From an uncultured Anaerolineae bacterium (GTDB lineage: Bacteria > Chloroflexota > Anaerolineae > Aggregatilineales > UBA3940), in assembly GCA_964390105.1 (NCBI GenBank), contig CAYMGV010000001.1, positions 334,000-397,999 of the forward strand: DNA of 64,000 nucleotides, given 5' to 3'. Positions 9,336 to 18,389 of this stretch are shown in pieces (within the stretch, counting starts at the first letter, position 1; each line of letters begins with the position of its first letter). Below the pieces are notes generated by a model. The model saw only the letters and a list, made by a program, of their open reading frames with translations. It was not told the origin of the DNA and ran no database searches. A program made the translations under genes and the position numbers.

Positions 9336-10505
9336 ATGGACTTCCCTGTTTCTCTTACCGTTGGCGTTGAAGAAGAATACCAGATCATTGACCCGGAAAG
9401 CCGTGAACTGGCGGCCTACATTCAGCATATGCTGGAGGCCGATGATGTACTGGGGGAAATCCTTAAGCCGGAATTCCTGCAATCCCAGATCGAAATGGGA
9501 ACCCAGGTCTGCCACAATGTCACTGAAATCCGGGATGAGATCAAGCGCATCCGGGGGGCAGTGGCCCAACTGGCCGAAAACACCGGCGTCCGTATTGCGG
9601 CAGCAGGTACACATCCCTTCTCTCACTGGGCTAACCAGGCTATCACCGACCGTCAGCGCTACGTGGATTTTGCCGAGGACATGCAGCAGGTGGTGCGCAG
9701 TCTGCTGATCTTTGGAATGCATGTGCATGTTGGCTTTGGTGATTCGCGATTCCAGCGTGAACTGATGGTCACAGTCATGAACGAGGTGCGCTACTTCATG
9801 CCCCATATTCTCGCCCTCTCGACCAGCTCGCCTTTCTGGATGGGCGAAAACACCGGGCTGAAAAGCTATCGCAACATCGTATTTAAACAGCTCCCGCGCA
9901 CCGGTATCCCGATGCGGTTCCGGTCCTGGAACGAGTATTACAATCACGTACAGCTTCTCAGTGAAATCGGGTCACTGGGCAAGGAGGCGCAAACGACCGG
10001 TCACATCGGCGACAGCACGCGCATATGGTGGGATATCCGCCCCCACCCCAAGTATCATACGCTTGAATTCCGTATCTGTGACGTCGTGCCTCGCATAGAA
10101 GAAGCCGTCACCATCGCGGCATTGTTCCAGGGGTTGTGTGCCATGCTGATCCGTCTGCGTCAACAAAATATGTCATGGCGCACCTACGCCTCGCCACTGA
10201 TCGAGGAGAATAAATGGCGCGCTGTGCGCTATGGTGTACAGGATAAGCTCGTCGATTTTGGTAAGGGGGTGGAAGTGCCGTTCCCGGCCCTAATCGATGA
10301 GATCATCGAACTGCTGGACCCCGTCCTGGATGACCTCGGCTCTCGCAAAGAGGTGGAATACGCTGCTACCATTGCGCGTGAGGGCAGCAGTGCCGACCGC
10401 CAGATCAGGGTATTTGAGCAAGCGAAGAATAAGGGCGCGACTCAGCAGGATGCCCTGAATGCCGTGGTGGACAGCCTGATCGACGAGACATGCGAAGCAC
10501 TGTGA
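9336..10505 (+). CDS. ybdK: carboxylate-amine ligase, YbdK / glutamate-cysteine ligase family 2
   Basis: LTVGVEEEYQIID at the N-terminus, then GTHPF, GMHVHVG and SPFW motifs. I prefer ATG 9336, which has AAGGA 10 nt upstream and lies just after the previous stop. The ORF track starts at 9303. Confidence 0.85.
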   Translation: MDFPVSLTVGVEEEYQIIDPESRELAAYIQHMLEADDVLGEILKPEFLQSQIEMGTQVCHNVTEIRDEIKRIRGAVAQLAENTGVRIAAAGTHPFSHWANQAITDRQRYVDFAEDMQQVVRSLLIFGMHVHVGFGDSRFQRELMVTVMNEVRYFMPHILALSTSSPFWMGENTGLKSYRNIVFKQLPRTGIPMRFRSWNEYYNHVQLLSEIGSLGKEAQTTGHIGDSTRIWWDIRPHPKYHTLEFRICDVVPRIEEAVTIAALFQGLCAMLIRLRQQNMSWRTYASPLIEENKWRAVRYGVQDKLVDFGKGVEVPFPALIDEIIELLDPVLDDLGSRKEVEYAATIAREGSSADRQIRVFEQAKNKGATQQDALNAVVDSLIDETCEAL

Positions 10506-10568
10506 TCTATCGGACGAACGCGATAGACTCATCCTCGGTGATGGCTTAATGAGAAGCAGGGTATTGGT

Positions 10569-11249
10569 ATGAACACACAACGCTGGATTGCCGTCGGCGT
10601 GGGGCTGTTGCTCGTAGCGTGTATCGCAACCAGCAACCTCTGGCTAGGATTCTTTGCAGATGATGATGACGAGGAAATGGCAGCAGCCACCGCAACCGCA
10701 GAAGCCGATCTGGCCGCACTTGAAGCCCGCGAAGCGGACACTGAAGGCACCCCGGAACCCGAAGGGCAGATCGTTGGGTTTGATGAGATCATCGCAGGTG
10801 ATATGGAAGCAGCCGCCACAGAAGAAGTTGATCCACTCATAGCGGATTTGCTGGCCGCACTCGAACAGGAATCACTGGGCGTAGGGGAGGAGCCGGTCGT
10901 GATTCGTGCCGGGGATTTCATCGCGCTGGATGCCCAGCGCCAGGCGGAAGGCGTTGCAACCATCTACCAGATCGGTGATACACGACGTGTACTGCGTTTA
11001 GAACCATTCAGGGTGACGAACGGCCCTGACCTGCGCGTACTGCTCTCTGAGGACAAGACACCTCGCACGGGTGCCGAGGCGCTGCAACCATCATTTATTG
11101 ATCTTGGTCCGCTGCAATCCATTGATGATGTTCAGAACTATGCGATTGAGCAGGAGGTAGACCTCGACAAGTATCGCAGCGTTGTGATCTACAGCATGTC
11201 ACTCAATATCATCTATACCACTGCACCACTTGAAGTGGTGCGTTCCTGA
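10569..11249 (+). CDS. DM13 domain lipoprotein
   Basis: Lipobox LLLVAC, then an acidic low-complexity linker. The C-terminal part reads FIALDAQRQAEGVATIYQIGDTRRVLRLEPFRVTNGPDLRVLL...YRSVVIYSMSLNIIY, which matches the DM13 pattern. Confidence 0.6.
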   Translation: MNTQRWIAVGVGLLLVACIATSNLWLGFFADDDDEEMAAATATAEADLAALEAREADTEGTPEPEGQIVGFDEIIAGDMEAAATEEVDPLIADLLAALEQESLGVGEEPVVIRAGDFIALDAQRQAEGVATIYQIGDTRRVLRLEPFRVTNGPDLRVLLSEDKTPRTGAEALQPSFIDLGPLQSIDDVQNYAIEQEVDLDKYRSVVIYSMSLNIIYTTAPLEVVRS

Positions 11250-12084
11250 TCCCCCCGTGGAACCCCACACCCGCACTCATCTGCAATGGTATTTTGATCG
11301 TGTCGCGGACCATCACAACGAAGCGCTGCTACCCGCTTATAACCCATTGAGCCGCCGCCTCACTGACTACCTCGCGCCCACAAAAGGCCAACTGATCGCA
11401 GACCTGGGCAGTGGCACCGGGTACGCCAGCCTCTCGATTCAACAGCAGGGTGCCAGCCCGGTGGCCTGTGACCTGTCCCATGGGATGCTGCGCACCCCAG
11501 CCAAAGCAGCGCTACTCTGCACGCAATGCGATCTGCACAAGATGCCCTTTGCCACCAACACCTTTGATGGTGCGCTTGCCGGTTTTGCCTTTAACAGCAC
11601 CGCCCCCGCACATACCCTGCGGGAAACACTCCGTATTCTCAAGCCAGGAGCGGCATTAGCAATCTCGGAATGGGGGACCGAAGACGAAATCAGCGCAACC
11701 TTTTCGGATATCTTCGCCGATTACTGTAGTGACTCCCCCTCCCCTACCCTGAAACGCCTGCGTGATCACACCGATAAACCGCTGCCGTGGGAAGACTTGG
11801 AAACGCTGGACGATCTGCGTGACCTGATCGCTGGCTGCGGATTCGTTGATACAACCGATACGATCATCACGCCATCGATCCGGTTTTCGACAGTAGAACA
11901 GTTTATGGCGTTTAAGCTGGCATGGCCGCTGCGCCGTGCCGAGTTTGCCGAAATGCCGGTATCCGTACAAAAACTGTGCCGATCCGACCTGCATGAGAAT
12001 CTGAGCCATGTTTACGCCAACAAAAATGGGCACCTTGAATGGCGTCCAAATGTCATTCTCGTAAAAACCCATAAACCCACCTAG
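11230..12084 (+). CDS. class I SAM-dependent methyltransferase
   Basis: Motif I IADLGSGTGYASL, then ACDLSHGM and ILKPGAALAISEW. The start is uncertain: TTG 11230 or GTG 11257. Confidence 0.7.
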   Translation: MKWCVPDPPVEPHTRTHLQWYFDRVADHHNEALLPAYNPLSRRLTDYLAPTKGQLIADLGSGTGYASLSIQQQGASPVACDLSHGMLRTPAKAALLCTQCDLHKMPFATNTFDGALAGFAFNSTAPAHTLRETLRILKPGAALAISEWGTEDEISATFSDIFADYCSDSPSPTLKRLRDHTDKPLPWEDLETLDDLRDLIAGCGFVDTTDTIITPSIRFSTVEQFMAFKLAWPLRRAEFAEMPVSVQKLCRSDLHENLSHVYANKNGHLEWRPNVILVKTHKPT

Positions 12085-13067
12085 CCGGTCAGGGTGATCA
12101 TTTCCCTGCTCATGGCGGCGGCCTCACCGCGCCGCTTCTCTATCAGCTCCTGTGCAGCTCCTTGTTCCCCTCGACGTGAATAGGCATGTTTACGATAGGC
12201 CAGATCGGTAAGCAAGTTAAAATAACGCCAAGTGGACATCCATCCCGCTGGGCCGGATGCCATCAGCGCGTTCATCCCGGCAGACAGACGCCGCAGCGGC
12301 CTGTAAGCGATCTCGTACTGAGCATCGGACAAGGTTGCGAGGGCAATCTCATCCCGCAGGTTGTCGATGATCCACTGCCGCTCCCGGCGAACAGCGAACA
12401 TCATGATGATGAAGACAAAGAACGTCCCGCCATAACTGGAAATAAACGCAATTAACATGATCCCCGGCGTATTGCCGGCAAGTGAAACTGATATGTTGTG
12501 GATGGCATGCACTGTCATCGCGGCGAGCAACCCGGCTAACGGTGCAGCAAAGCGCATCAAGCCGCTGCGTGCATGCCGCGCTATACCAAATCCAATCCCG
12601 ATCAGGCTGGTGAAGAACGCATGATTCAGACCGAACAACACGGCACGTAACAGGAACAACTGCCCGCTCAGCCCGAAGCTGACGAAATACAAGATGTTTT
12701 CGATGGCAGCAAATCCAAACCCAACAAGGCTGCCGTAGATGATGCCGTCAAACACCCCGTCAAACTCGTTTTTCCAAAGCAGAAAGACAATGCCGACTGC
12801 CATCCCCTTGAAGATTTCTTCGGTGATGGGGGCCATCACCGAAGCCCCAACAAAGTCAGCCAGCGCCCCCGTTTCATCAATGAGCAAAAACGGGATACCA
12901 AGGATAATTTGGCTAATCAGGGAGAGTATCGCAGCAGGCACAAATCCCCACAGGAAGACGGAGAGGATCAACGGCAGCGGCTCCTTTTCATATCGGTCCA
13001 GCCAGTACAGAAAAATGGGGTACAACACCATGGGGACGATCCCTGCGATTATCGAAACCAGAAGCAT
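12081..13067 (-). CDS. prsW: PrsW-family intramembrane metalloprotease
   Basis: Polytopic membrane protein with the EEIFKG (ExxK) motif and later HAIHN, as in PrsW. Confidence 0.75.
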   Translation of the reverse strand: MLLVSIIAGIVPMVLYPIFLYWLDRYEKEPLPLILSVFLWGFVPAAILSLISQIILGIPFLLIDETGALADFVGASVMAPITEEIFKGMAVGIVFLLWKNEFDGVFDGIIYGSLVGFGFAAIENILYFVSFGLSGQLFLLRAVLFGLNHAFFTSLIGIGFGIARHARSGLMRFAAPLAGLLAAMTVHAIHNISVSLAGNTPGIMLIAFISSYGGTFFVFIIMMFAVRRERQWIIDNLRDEIALATLSDAQYEIAYRPLRRLSAGMNALMASGPAGWMSTWRYFNLLTDLAYRKHAYSRRGEQGAAQELIEKRRGEAAAMSREMITLTG

Positions 13068-13101
13068 CAGAAAACGATCCTTTCATGCCGTATAACATCC
13101 A

Positions 13102-14208
13102 TCATCCAGGAGTGGATTGCACTTCCTGCACCTCTCGCCATGTCTGCTCAATCCGATCCGGGAATAGCCGCCGCCATGAGAGCGTCGCGGTGACGAGGCC
13201 CAGTGCCACACCAAACCACAACGTCGAGACACGGATCAGGATGGCGGCTGTCCCCGCGAAACCGGGGTCCTGGTAGCCCAGTACCAGCAACTGCACCAAC
13301 CCCACAATGCTGAACTCCGCTGCACCTAATCCACCCGGCAATCCACTGACTGCGCCAACAATTGTTGCCACCGCCATGATGAAGGTGGATTGCCATAGCA
13401 GCAACCAGCTTGGTTCAAGGCCGAGGCCCCACAGGATAAAAAAATTACCAACGCATTCCCCGGCCCAGCTAAACACGCCCAGCCCCACCGCAACAGCCAG
13501 CGCACGCGGGCGAAACAGGTCGTAGGCGCTGTAGTAGAGTTCCGCGATAGAACCACTGAAGCGATTGACCAAGGGTACTTTTTCAAGCAGATGCAGCCCC
13601 CACCCCACGACGCCCTTGAACTGCACCGCAATGATCGCCAGAATGAGGATGCCCAGCACGAGAAGATAGGCCGGAACGTATTGCTGAAGCACCGTGTTCT
13701 GCTCGGCGGCAGTCAACAGGATGCCAGTAAAGCCAATTGCCCCCAATACCAGCATACCCAATCCATCAGTGACGCGTTCAGCAATAATGATCGGAGCACT
13801 GCGCATAAAGGGCGTGCCCGTCATCGTCTTCAGCACAGCCGCCTTGAGCAGTTCAGCGACTTTGCCGGGAGAGATCGCTAAAACGAAGCCACTCACCCAC
13901 AATGATGCACTATTGCGCAATGATAGTCCTTCGACGCCAATCACCTTAAGATAGTACTGCCACTTTAAAAAGCGGAATACATAGTTATGCAGGGTCAACA
14001 GCAGAACCGGGATCACGAACAACACAGGGAACCCGCTGACGTAATCGCCAATGTCCTGAAGGTCAGTATAAATCAGCAGGATGACGACCACGGCAACCGC
14101 TACCAACCCACCAAGTATCAGATTGCGTTTTAGATCCTTCACAGCCCTTCTTCCCTGAGGATGTGCGGCAGGCTGAATCAAGCCTGTCTTGTCGAGTAAC
14201 ACAGGCAA
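13102..14208 (-). CDS. lysylphosphatidylglycerol-synthase-TM-like (UPF0104, flippase-like) membrane protein
   Basis: About 8 TM segments, with the family hallmark LPGGLGAAE near the C-terminus. TTG start is uncertain. Confidence 0.6.
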   Translation of the reverse strand: MPVLLDKTGLIQPAAHPQGRRAVKDLKRNLILGGLVAVAVVVILLIYTDLQDIGDYVSGFPVLFVIPVLLLTLHNYVFRFLKWQYYLKVIGVEGLSLRNSASLWVSGFVLAISPGKVAELLKAAVLKTMTGTPFMRSAPIIIAERVTDGLGMLVLGAIGFTGILLTAAEQNTVLQQYVPAYLLVLGILILAIIAVQFKGVVGWGLHLLEKVPLVNRFSGSIAELYYSAYDLFRPRALAVAVGLGVFSWAGECVGNFFILWGLGLEPSWLLLWQSTFIMAVATIVGAVSGLPGGLGAAEFSIVGLVQLLVLGYQDPGFAGTAAILIRVSTLWFGVALGLVTATLSWRRLFPDRIEQTWREVQEVQSTPG

Positions 14209-14243
14209 TTGTACACTGTAATTAACTTGGGGCAGGTATTTTT

Positions 14244-15560
14244 ATGGAAACTACACAAACTGCAACTGAAGACACCGGTAATCAAACCAGCGCCCTGCGA
14301 ATAATCAGCCAGGTGGTTGCCACTATCAATGCAACGCTCGATCTGCAGGCGGTCATTGATACGTCGCTGGCGGTCGCATTGAACAGCATTGGCTGTACAG
14401 AAGGCGCCATCTACATGTGGGATGACCGTATTGATGCCCTGAATATGGTCAGCTACAAAGGCTTTGAGATTGATCATGTCCGGGCACAGTTTTCACTACG
14501 AAAGGGAGAGGGTGCCGTTGGACGCGCCGCCGACCTGATGGAGATAGTCAGCGCATCCAGCAGCAACGATGGGCATCAACATATGCAGTACTGCATCCCG
14601 CTTCTCACAGCGCCCAACCGCTTGTTGGGCGTGCTTAGTATCTCAACAGGCATACCACTTTCAGATCATGCGCTGCTGCTGCTGGAAGCTATCGCGGGGC
14701 AGATGTCGCTGGCAATCGACAAAGCGCAGCTGCTTGAACGTGTGCAATCTCACCAGGAAGAACTGGAACGAACAGTAGCGCTGCGGACCAGCCAGCTTGC
14801 GCGCGCAATCGATAACCTGACGAAATCCCTCGCTCGTGCCGAGGAGGCAGATAAACTGAAATCGCTGCTGCTCTCGACCGTATCGCATGAACTGCGGACG
14901 CCATTAGCTACCATCAAAGGTAATGCGTCACTGCTGCTGGATCATCACGAGCAGATCACCAAACCGATGCTGTTGGAGATCGCATCCGATATCGAATATG
15001 AGTCAGACAAACTGACCGAACTGATTAGCAACCTGCTGGAGATGTCTCGCATTGAAAGCGGCAGTCTGAAAATCGACAGGCGCGTCGTTGATATCTCTGA
15101 GGTCATCAATACGGCGGTGAAAGCCGCACAGCGCCGCATTACCGACCATCCTATCCGGCTGGAGAAAGCACCACACCTGATGTGCTACGGTGATACCCGG
15201 CGCATTGAGCAAATCGCCGCCAATCTGATCGACAATGCAGCCAAGTATTCCCCTGCGGGACGCCCTATCCAGGTGGATGTCAGCCAACGGGCTGGCTATG
15301 CGCAGGTCGCTATCATCGATCAGGGTAAGGGCATCGAACTGGAATACCAGGATCGCATTTTTTTACGGTTTTACCAAGCCAGCAGCAAGCCTGATTCCCA
15401 GCGAAAAGGGATTGGGCTGGGCCTTTCAATCTGCAGGGGGTTGGTTGAGGCTCATGAGGGTCAAATCTGGATTGATAGCCAGCCCGGTAAAGGATCGACT
15501 TTCTATTTTACGATACCACTCATCTCATCACAGTCTTCGGAGGTCTCAGATGGCAGGTAA
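14244..15560 (+). CDS. GAF-domain sensor histidine kinase
   Basis: N-terminal GAF-like region, H-box STVSHELRTPLATIKG, N-box LIDNAAKYSP, G-boxes DQGKGI and GIGLGLSICRGLV. No TM segment is evident, so it is probably cytoplasmic. Confidence 0.9.
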   Translation: METTQTATEDTGNQTSALRIISQVVATINATLDLQAVIDTSLAVALNSIGCTEGAIYMWDDRIDALNMVSYKGFEIDHVRAQFSLRKGEGAVGRAADLMEIVSASSSNDGHQHMQYCIPLLTAPNRLLGVLSISTGIPLSDHALLLLEAIAGQMSLAIDKAQLLERVQSHQEELERTVALRTSQLARAIDNLTKSLARAEEADKLKSLLLSTVSHELRTPLATIKGNASLLLDHHEQITKPMLLEIASDIEYESDKLTELISNLLEMSRIESGSLKIDRRVVDISEVINTAVKAAQRRITDHPIRLEKAPHLMCYGDTRRIEQIAANLIDNAAKYSPAGRPIQVDVSQRAGYAQVAIIDQGKGIELEYQDRIFLRFYQASSKPDSQRKGIGLGLSICRGLVEAHEGQIWIDSQPGKGSTFYFTIPLISSQSSEVSDGR

Positions 15561-16242
15561 AAAGGTATTACTCGTGGATGATGAACCGCGCATCCTGCGC
15601 TTTCTATCGACCACGCTCACACTGGAAGACTACGAGATACAGGCAACTGCTGATGGGGAATCCGCATTGAAGGCATTTGCAGAGAATCCGCCGGATGTGA
15701 TCCTGTTGGACCTCGGCCTGCCGGATATTGACGGCTTTGCTATCCTTGAAATCGTGCGGGCTGAATCCATCGTCCCTGTCATTATCCTGACCGCACGGGA
15801 TGAGGAAAAGGACAAAGTGCGCGGGCTGGAACTGGGTGCGGATGATTACCTGACAAAACCGTTTGGCACGCGTGAACTACTGGCTCGGATCCAAGCCGTG
15901 CTGCGCCGCTCAGAGTGGCACCCCAAAACCAGTGAAGCCCCCGAGTTTACGCTGCGAGAACTCACAATCGATTTCAGGGCGCACCGGGTACTGGTCCGTG
16001 AAGAGCAGGTTCACCTGACCCCGACTGAATATGACCTGCTGCGCGTAATGTGCCAGAACAGCGGCCAGGTTCTTAGCCATAATGATCTGCTGAAAAACGT
16101 GTGGGGAGAAGAATACCGTAACGACCTGGCGATCCTGCGTGTCAACATTTCACGGCTGCGCCAAAAGATTGAGATCGACCCCAAACTGCCTGAGTATGTG
16201 CTGACGGTGCCCGGTGTAGGCTATACCATCGCCGAAGCATAG
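15550..16242 (+). CDS. OmpR/PhoB-family response regulator
   Basis: ATG 15550 (MAGKKVLLVDDEP) overlaps the kinase gene by 11 nt. Receiver motifs are VILLDLGLPDIDG and LTAR...KV. The winged helix reads LTPTEYDLL...VPGVGY. The ORF-track start at 15235 is an extension inside the kinase gene. Confidence 0.9.
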   Translation: MAGKKVLLVDDEPRILRFLSTTLTLEDYEIQATADGESALKAFAENPPDVILLDLGLPDIDGFAILEIVRAESIVPVIILTARDEEKDKVRGLELGADDYLTKPFGTRELLARIQAVLRRSEWHPKTSEAPEFTLRELTIDFRAHRVLVREEQVHLTPTEYDLLRVMCQNSGQVLSHNDLLKNVWGEEYRNDLAILRVNISRLRQKIEIDPKLPEYVLTVPGVGYTIAEA

Positions 16243-16248
16243 CAGGCA

Positions 16249-16842
16249 TTAACGGCGGAATCGGAAGCGCCAGTTTGAGCCTGTTTTGTCTTCCTTCGGT
16301 TGCGGTGCGACCTGCCCTTCAACTGGAGATTGCACAATGCGCAGCGTCATACGCAAGGCACCGAGTTCAATCGAATCGCCATCCGACAGCGGGAAATCCT
16401 GCCCACCCTGCAGACGTTGACCGTTGACCCAGGTACCGTTGGTACTGTTCTGATCAATGAGATACAGCATTTGTTCCCCGGGGCGAATCAAAGCATGGCG
16501 ACGCGATACACCATGCCTCATCGCACCATATGGGGCCAGGTCGAGATCGGGGCGGAAGGCACTCATGGGGTCCGCACGACCCAGAACCGTCACACGCCAG
16601 ATATCCAGGCCAACTGTGCTAGCCTGCGGCCCAGTCACATGAAACAGAACGCGCCATGCAGGGCCAGCACGCTGTGATGTCAGATCAGCAGGTGGTGGGG
16701 ATGGTTCAGTTTCCTGGATAACAGGCGGCATTGCAGCCGAAGACTCATCTTCAACACTGATATCTTCTGCGTCAGGCTGCCGTGGTTGATTTAGCGGCTT
16801 GGTGACCAAAAGGGTAAATCCTTCCCTGCTCAATACCGTCAC
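16249..16842 (-). CDS. FHA domain-containing protein
   Basis: The C-terminal FHA reads VSRRHALIRPGEQMLYLIDQNSTNGTWVNGQRL...GDSIELG. The N-terminal half is Pro-rich and acidic. GTG start. Confidence 0.85.
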   Translation of the reverse strand: MTVLSREGFTLLVTKPLNQPRQPDAEDISVEDESSAAMPPVIQETEPSPPPADLTSQRAGPAWRVLFHVTGPQASTVGLDIWRVTVLGRADPMSAFRPDLDLAPYGAMRHGVSRRHALIRPGEQMLYLIDQNSTNGTWVNGQRLQGGQDFPLSDGDSIELGALRMTLRIVQSPVEGQVAPQPKEDKTGSNWRFRFRR

Positions 16843-16993
16843 ATAGTCAGATCATCATCGAATAACAACGATAATTCTAACACTGGGACAACTATTTTCC
16901 ACCTATTTTTACACTGAATCCATAAGTCAGGCAAGGTTGCTGACTATTTCAGCAAACATGACAGGCCGATGATCACTCATGCAGGCTGTCACC

Positions 16994-17029
16994 GTGATGC
17001 TTGCATCACCCGTACATCAGACATATAAT
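16994..17029 (+). promoter_or_regulatory. candidate promoter with overlapping palindromic operator
   Basis: TTGCAT (17001-17006), 17 nt, TATAAT (17024-17029). The palindrome GTGATGC-TT-GCATCAC (16994-17009) overlaps the -35 element. It lies ~65 nt upstream of the double-HTH gene. Confidence 0.45.
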
Positions 17030-17092
17030 GCGCCCATATGAAGAGTACTCATTTTCCTTCGTGATACTACTTAGAAATGATGGTAAGGCATT

Positions 17093-17782
17093 ATGGCTTT
17101 TAACCTCGTCGAACGTATCCAGGTCAAGAACCGTATCATGGGTCTGCTGTTACGTGATGCACGTGAAGATGCGGGCCGCAACCCTGATCAGGTGGCGGAA
17201 CTGCTGGGTATTCCGACCAAAGAGTACCTTGGGTTTGAGAAGGGCCTTCAAGGGCCAACTCTGCCGCAGCTTGAAGTACTCGCCTATTATTATGATATCC
17301 CGCTGAATCACTTCTTCGGGGCACAAAAGACGCTGAAAGCTCAGCGTGAGGAAGACGAGCTAAAGGACCGGGTCCCCGAACTTATGATGCTGCGCCAACG
17401 CATCATTGGCGTGAGGGTTAGGTTACTGCGCGAACAAGCAGGTGCCACCATTGAGGACGTAGCCGAACGTACGGGTCTGCGGACGGATCAGATCACGGCG
17501 GTTGAGCAGGGCATTAAGACACTGCCCGTCAATGAGCTTGAGATGGTTGCCTATGCGCTCAAGGCTAACATTGATGACCTTGTCGATACCAGTGGAACAA
17601 TTGGGTCATGGGTCAAGAAGCAGGAGCAGTTTGAGGATTTCGCAAAACTGCCTGACGATATGCGCGAATTTGTACTCAAGCCAATCAACCAGAGCTATAT
17701 CGACCTTGCGATGAAACTCAGTAAAATGCACGTCGATGAACTGCGCGGTATCGCCGCCAGCATCCTTGAAATCACCTTCTAG
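17093..17782 (+). CDS. XRE-family protein with two helix-turn-helix domains
   Basis: Two Cro/C1-type HTH units: QVAELLGIPTKEYLGFEKG and IEDVAERTGLRTDQITAVEQG. Each is followed by a ...LP..L..L....  segment. There is a C-terminal helical tail. Confidence 0.7.
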   Translation: MAFNLVERIQVKNRIMGLLLRDAREDAGRNPDQVAELLGIPTKEYLGFEKGLQGPTLPQLEVLAYYYDIPLNHFFGAQKTLKAQREEDELKDRVPELMMLRQRIIGVRVRLLREQAGATIEDVAERTGLRTDQITAVEQGIKTLPVNELEMVAYALKANIDDLVDTSGTIGSWVKKQEQFEDFAKLPDDMREFVLKPINQSYIDLAMKLSKMHVDELRGIAASILEITF

Positions 17783-17792
17783 GACTAACCAC

Positions 17793-18329
17793 GTGAGTAC
17801 TTCCGAACAGCTAAAAGATGAAGGAATGCGCCACTTTCAGGATGGTGCCTATTCACAGGCCCTCAGTGCCTTCAATAACGCACATCAGGCCTATAGCGAT
17901 GCGGGTAATACACTGGATGCCGCGGAGATGCTCAACAACATGGGTGTGATCTATCGGCTTGAAGGCAACTACGATAAGGCAGCAGAACACCTGGAAAAAG
18001 CCCGGAAGCAGTTTGAAGAAGCAGGCGACAACAACCGGGCTGCGCAAGCGCTGAGCAACCTGGCACCGCTTTATCACAAGCAGGGTAACCTTGCCAGGGC
18101 AAAACAAGCCTACCGTGATGCCGCAGCGGCTTTCGATGAGATGGGCGACCCCGAAAAACAGGGTGAGGTATTGATGGCGCTGGGCATCATGCTGTTCGAT
18201 AACGGAGATCGTCAGATTGGGCTGGCATCATATGAGGCCGGTCTGATGTTGCTTAAGAACCCGACCGGCAAACAGAAACGCCTGCGCGCTATGCTCAAGT
18301 TCAAAAATAGTATCTTCAGCAGAGTATAA
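17793..18329 (+). CDS. tetratricopeptide repeat protein
   Basis: GTG 17793 lies 8 nt after the previous stop. Repeated 34-aa units carry the A..N.G..Y...G.Y..A pattern (e.g. NNMGVIYRLEGNYDKAAEHLEKA). Confidence 0.65.
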   Translation: MSTSEQLKDEGMRHFQDGAYSQALSAFNNAHQAYSDAGNTLDAAEMLNNMGVIYRLEGNYDKAAEHLEKARKQFEEAGDNNRAAQALSNLAPLYHKQGNLARAKQAYRDAAAAFDEMGDPEKQGEVLMALGIMLFDNGDRQIGLASYEAGLMLLKNPTGKQKRLRAMLKFKNSIFSRV

Positions 18330-18333
18330 CCCT

Positions 18334-18379
18334 AAAACAAAAAGGCCGGCGCTGTCACGACACCGGCCTTTTTGTTTTA
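18334..18379. terminator. bidirectional intrinsic terminator
   Basis: AAAACAAAAAGGCCGGCG...CACCGGCCTTTTTGTTTT: a GC stem flanked by an A-tract and a T-tract. It sits between the convergent TPR and EF-G genes. Confidence 0.7.
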
Positions 18380-18389
18380 GGGTCTTTTG

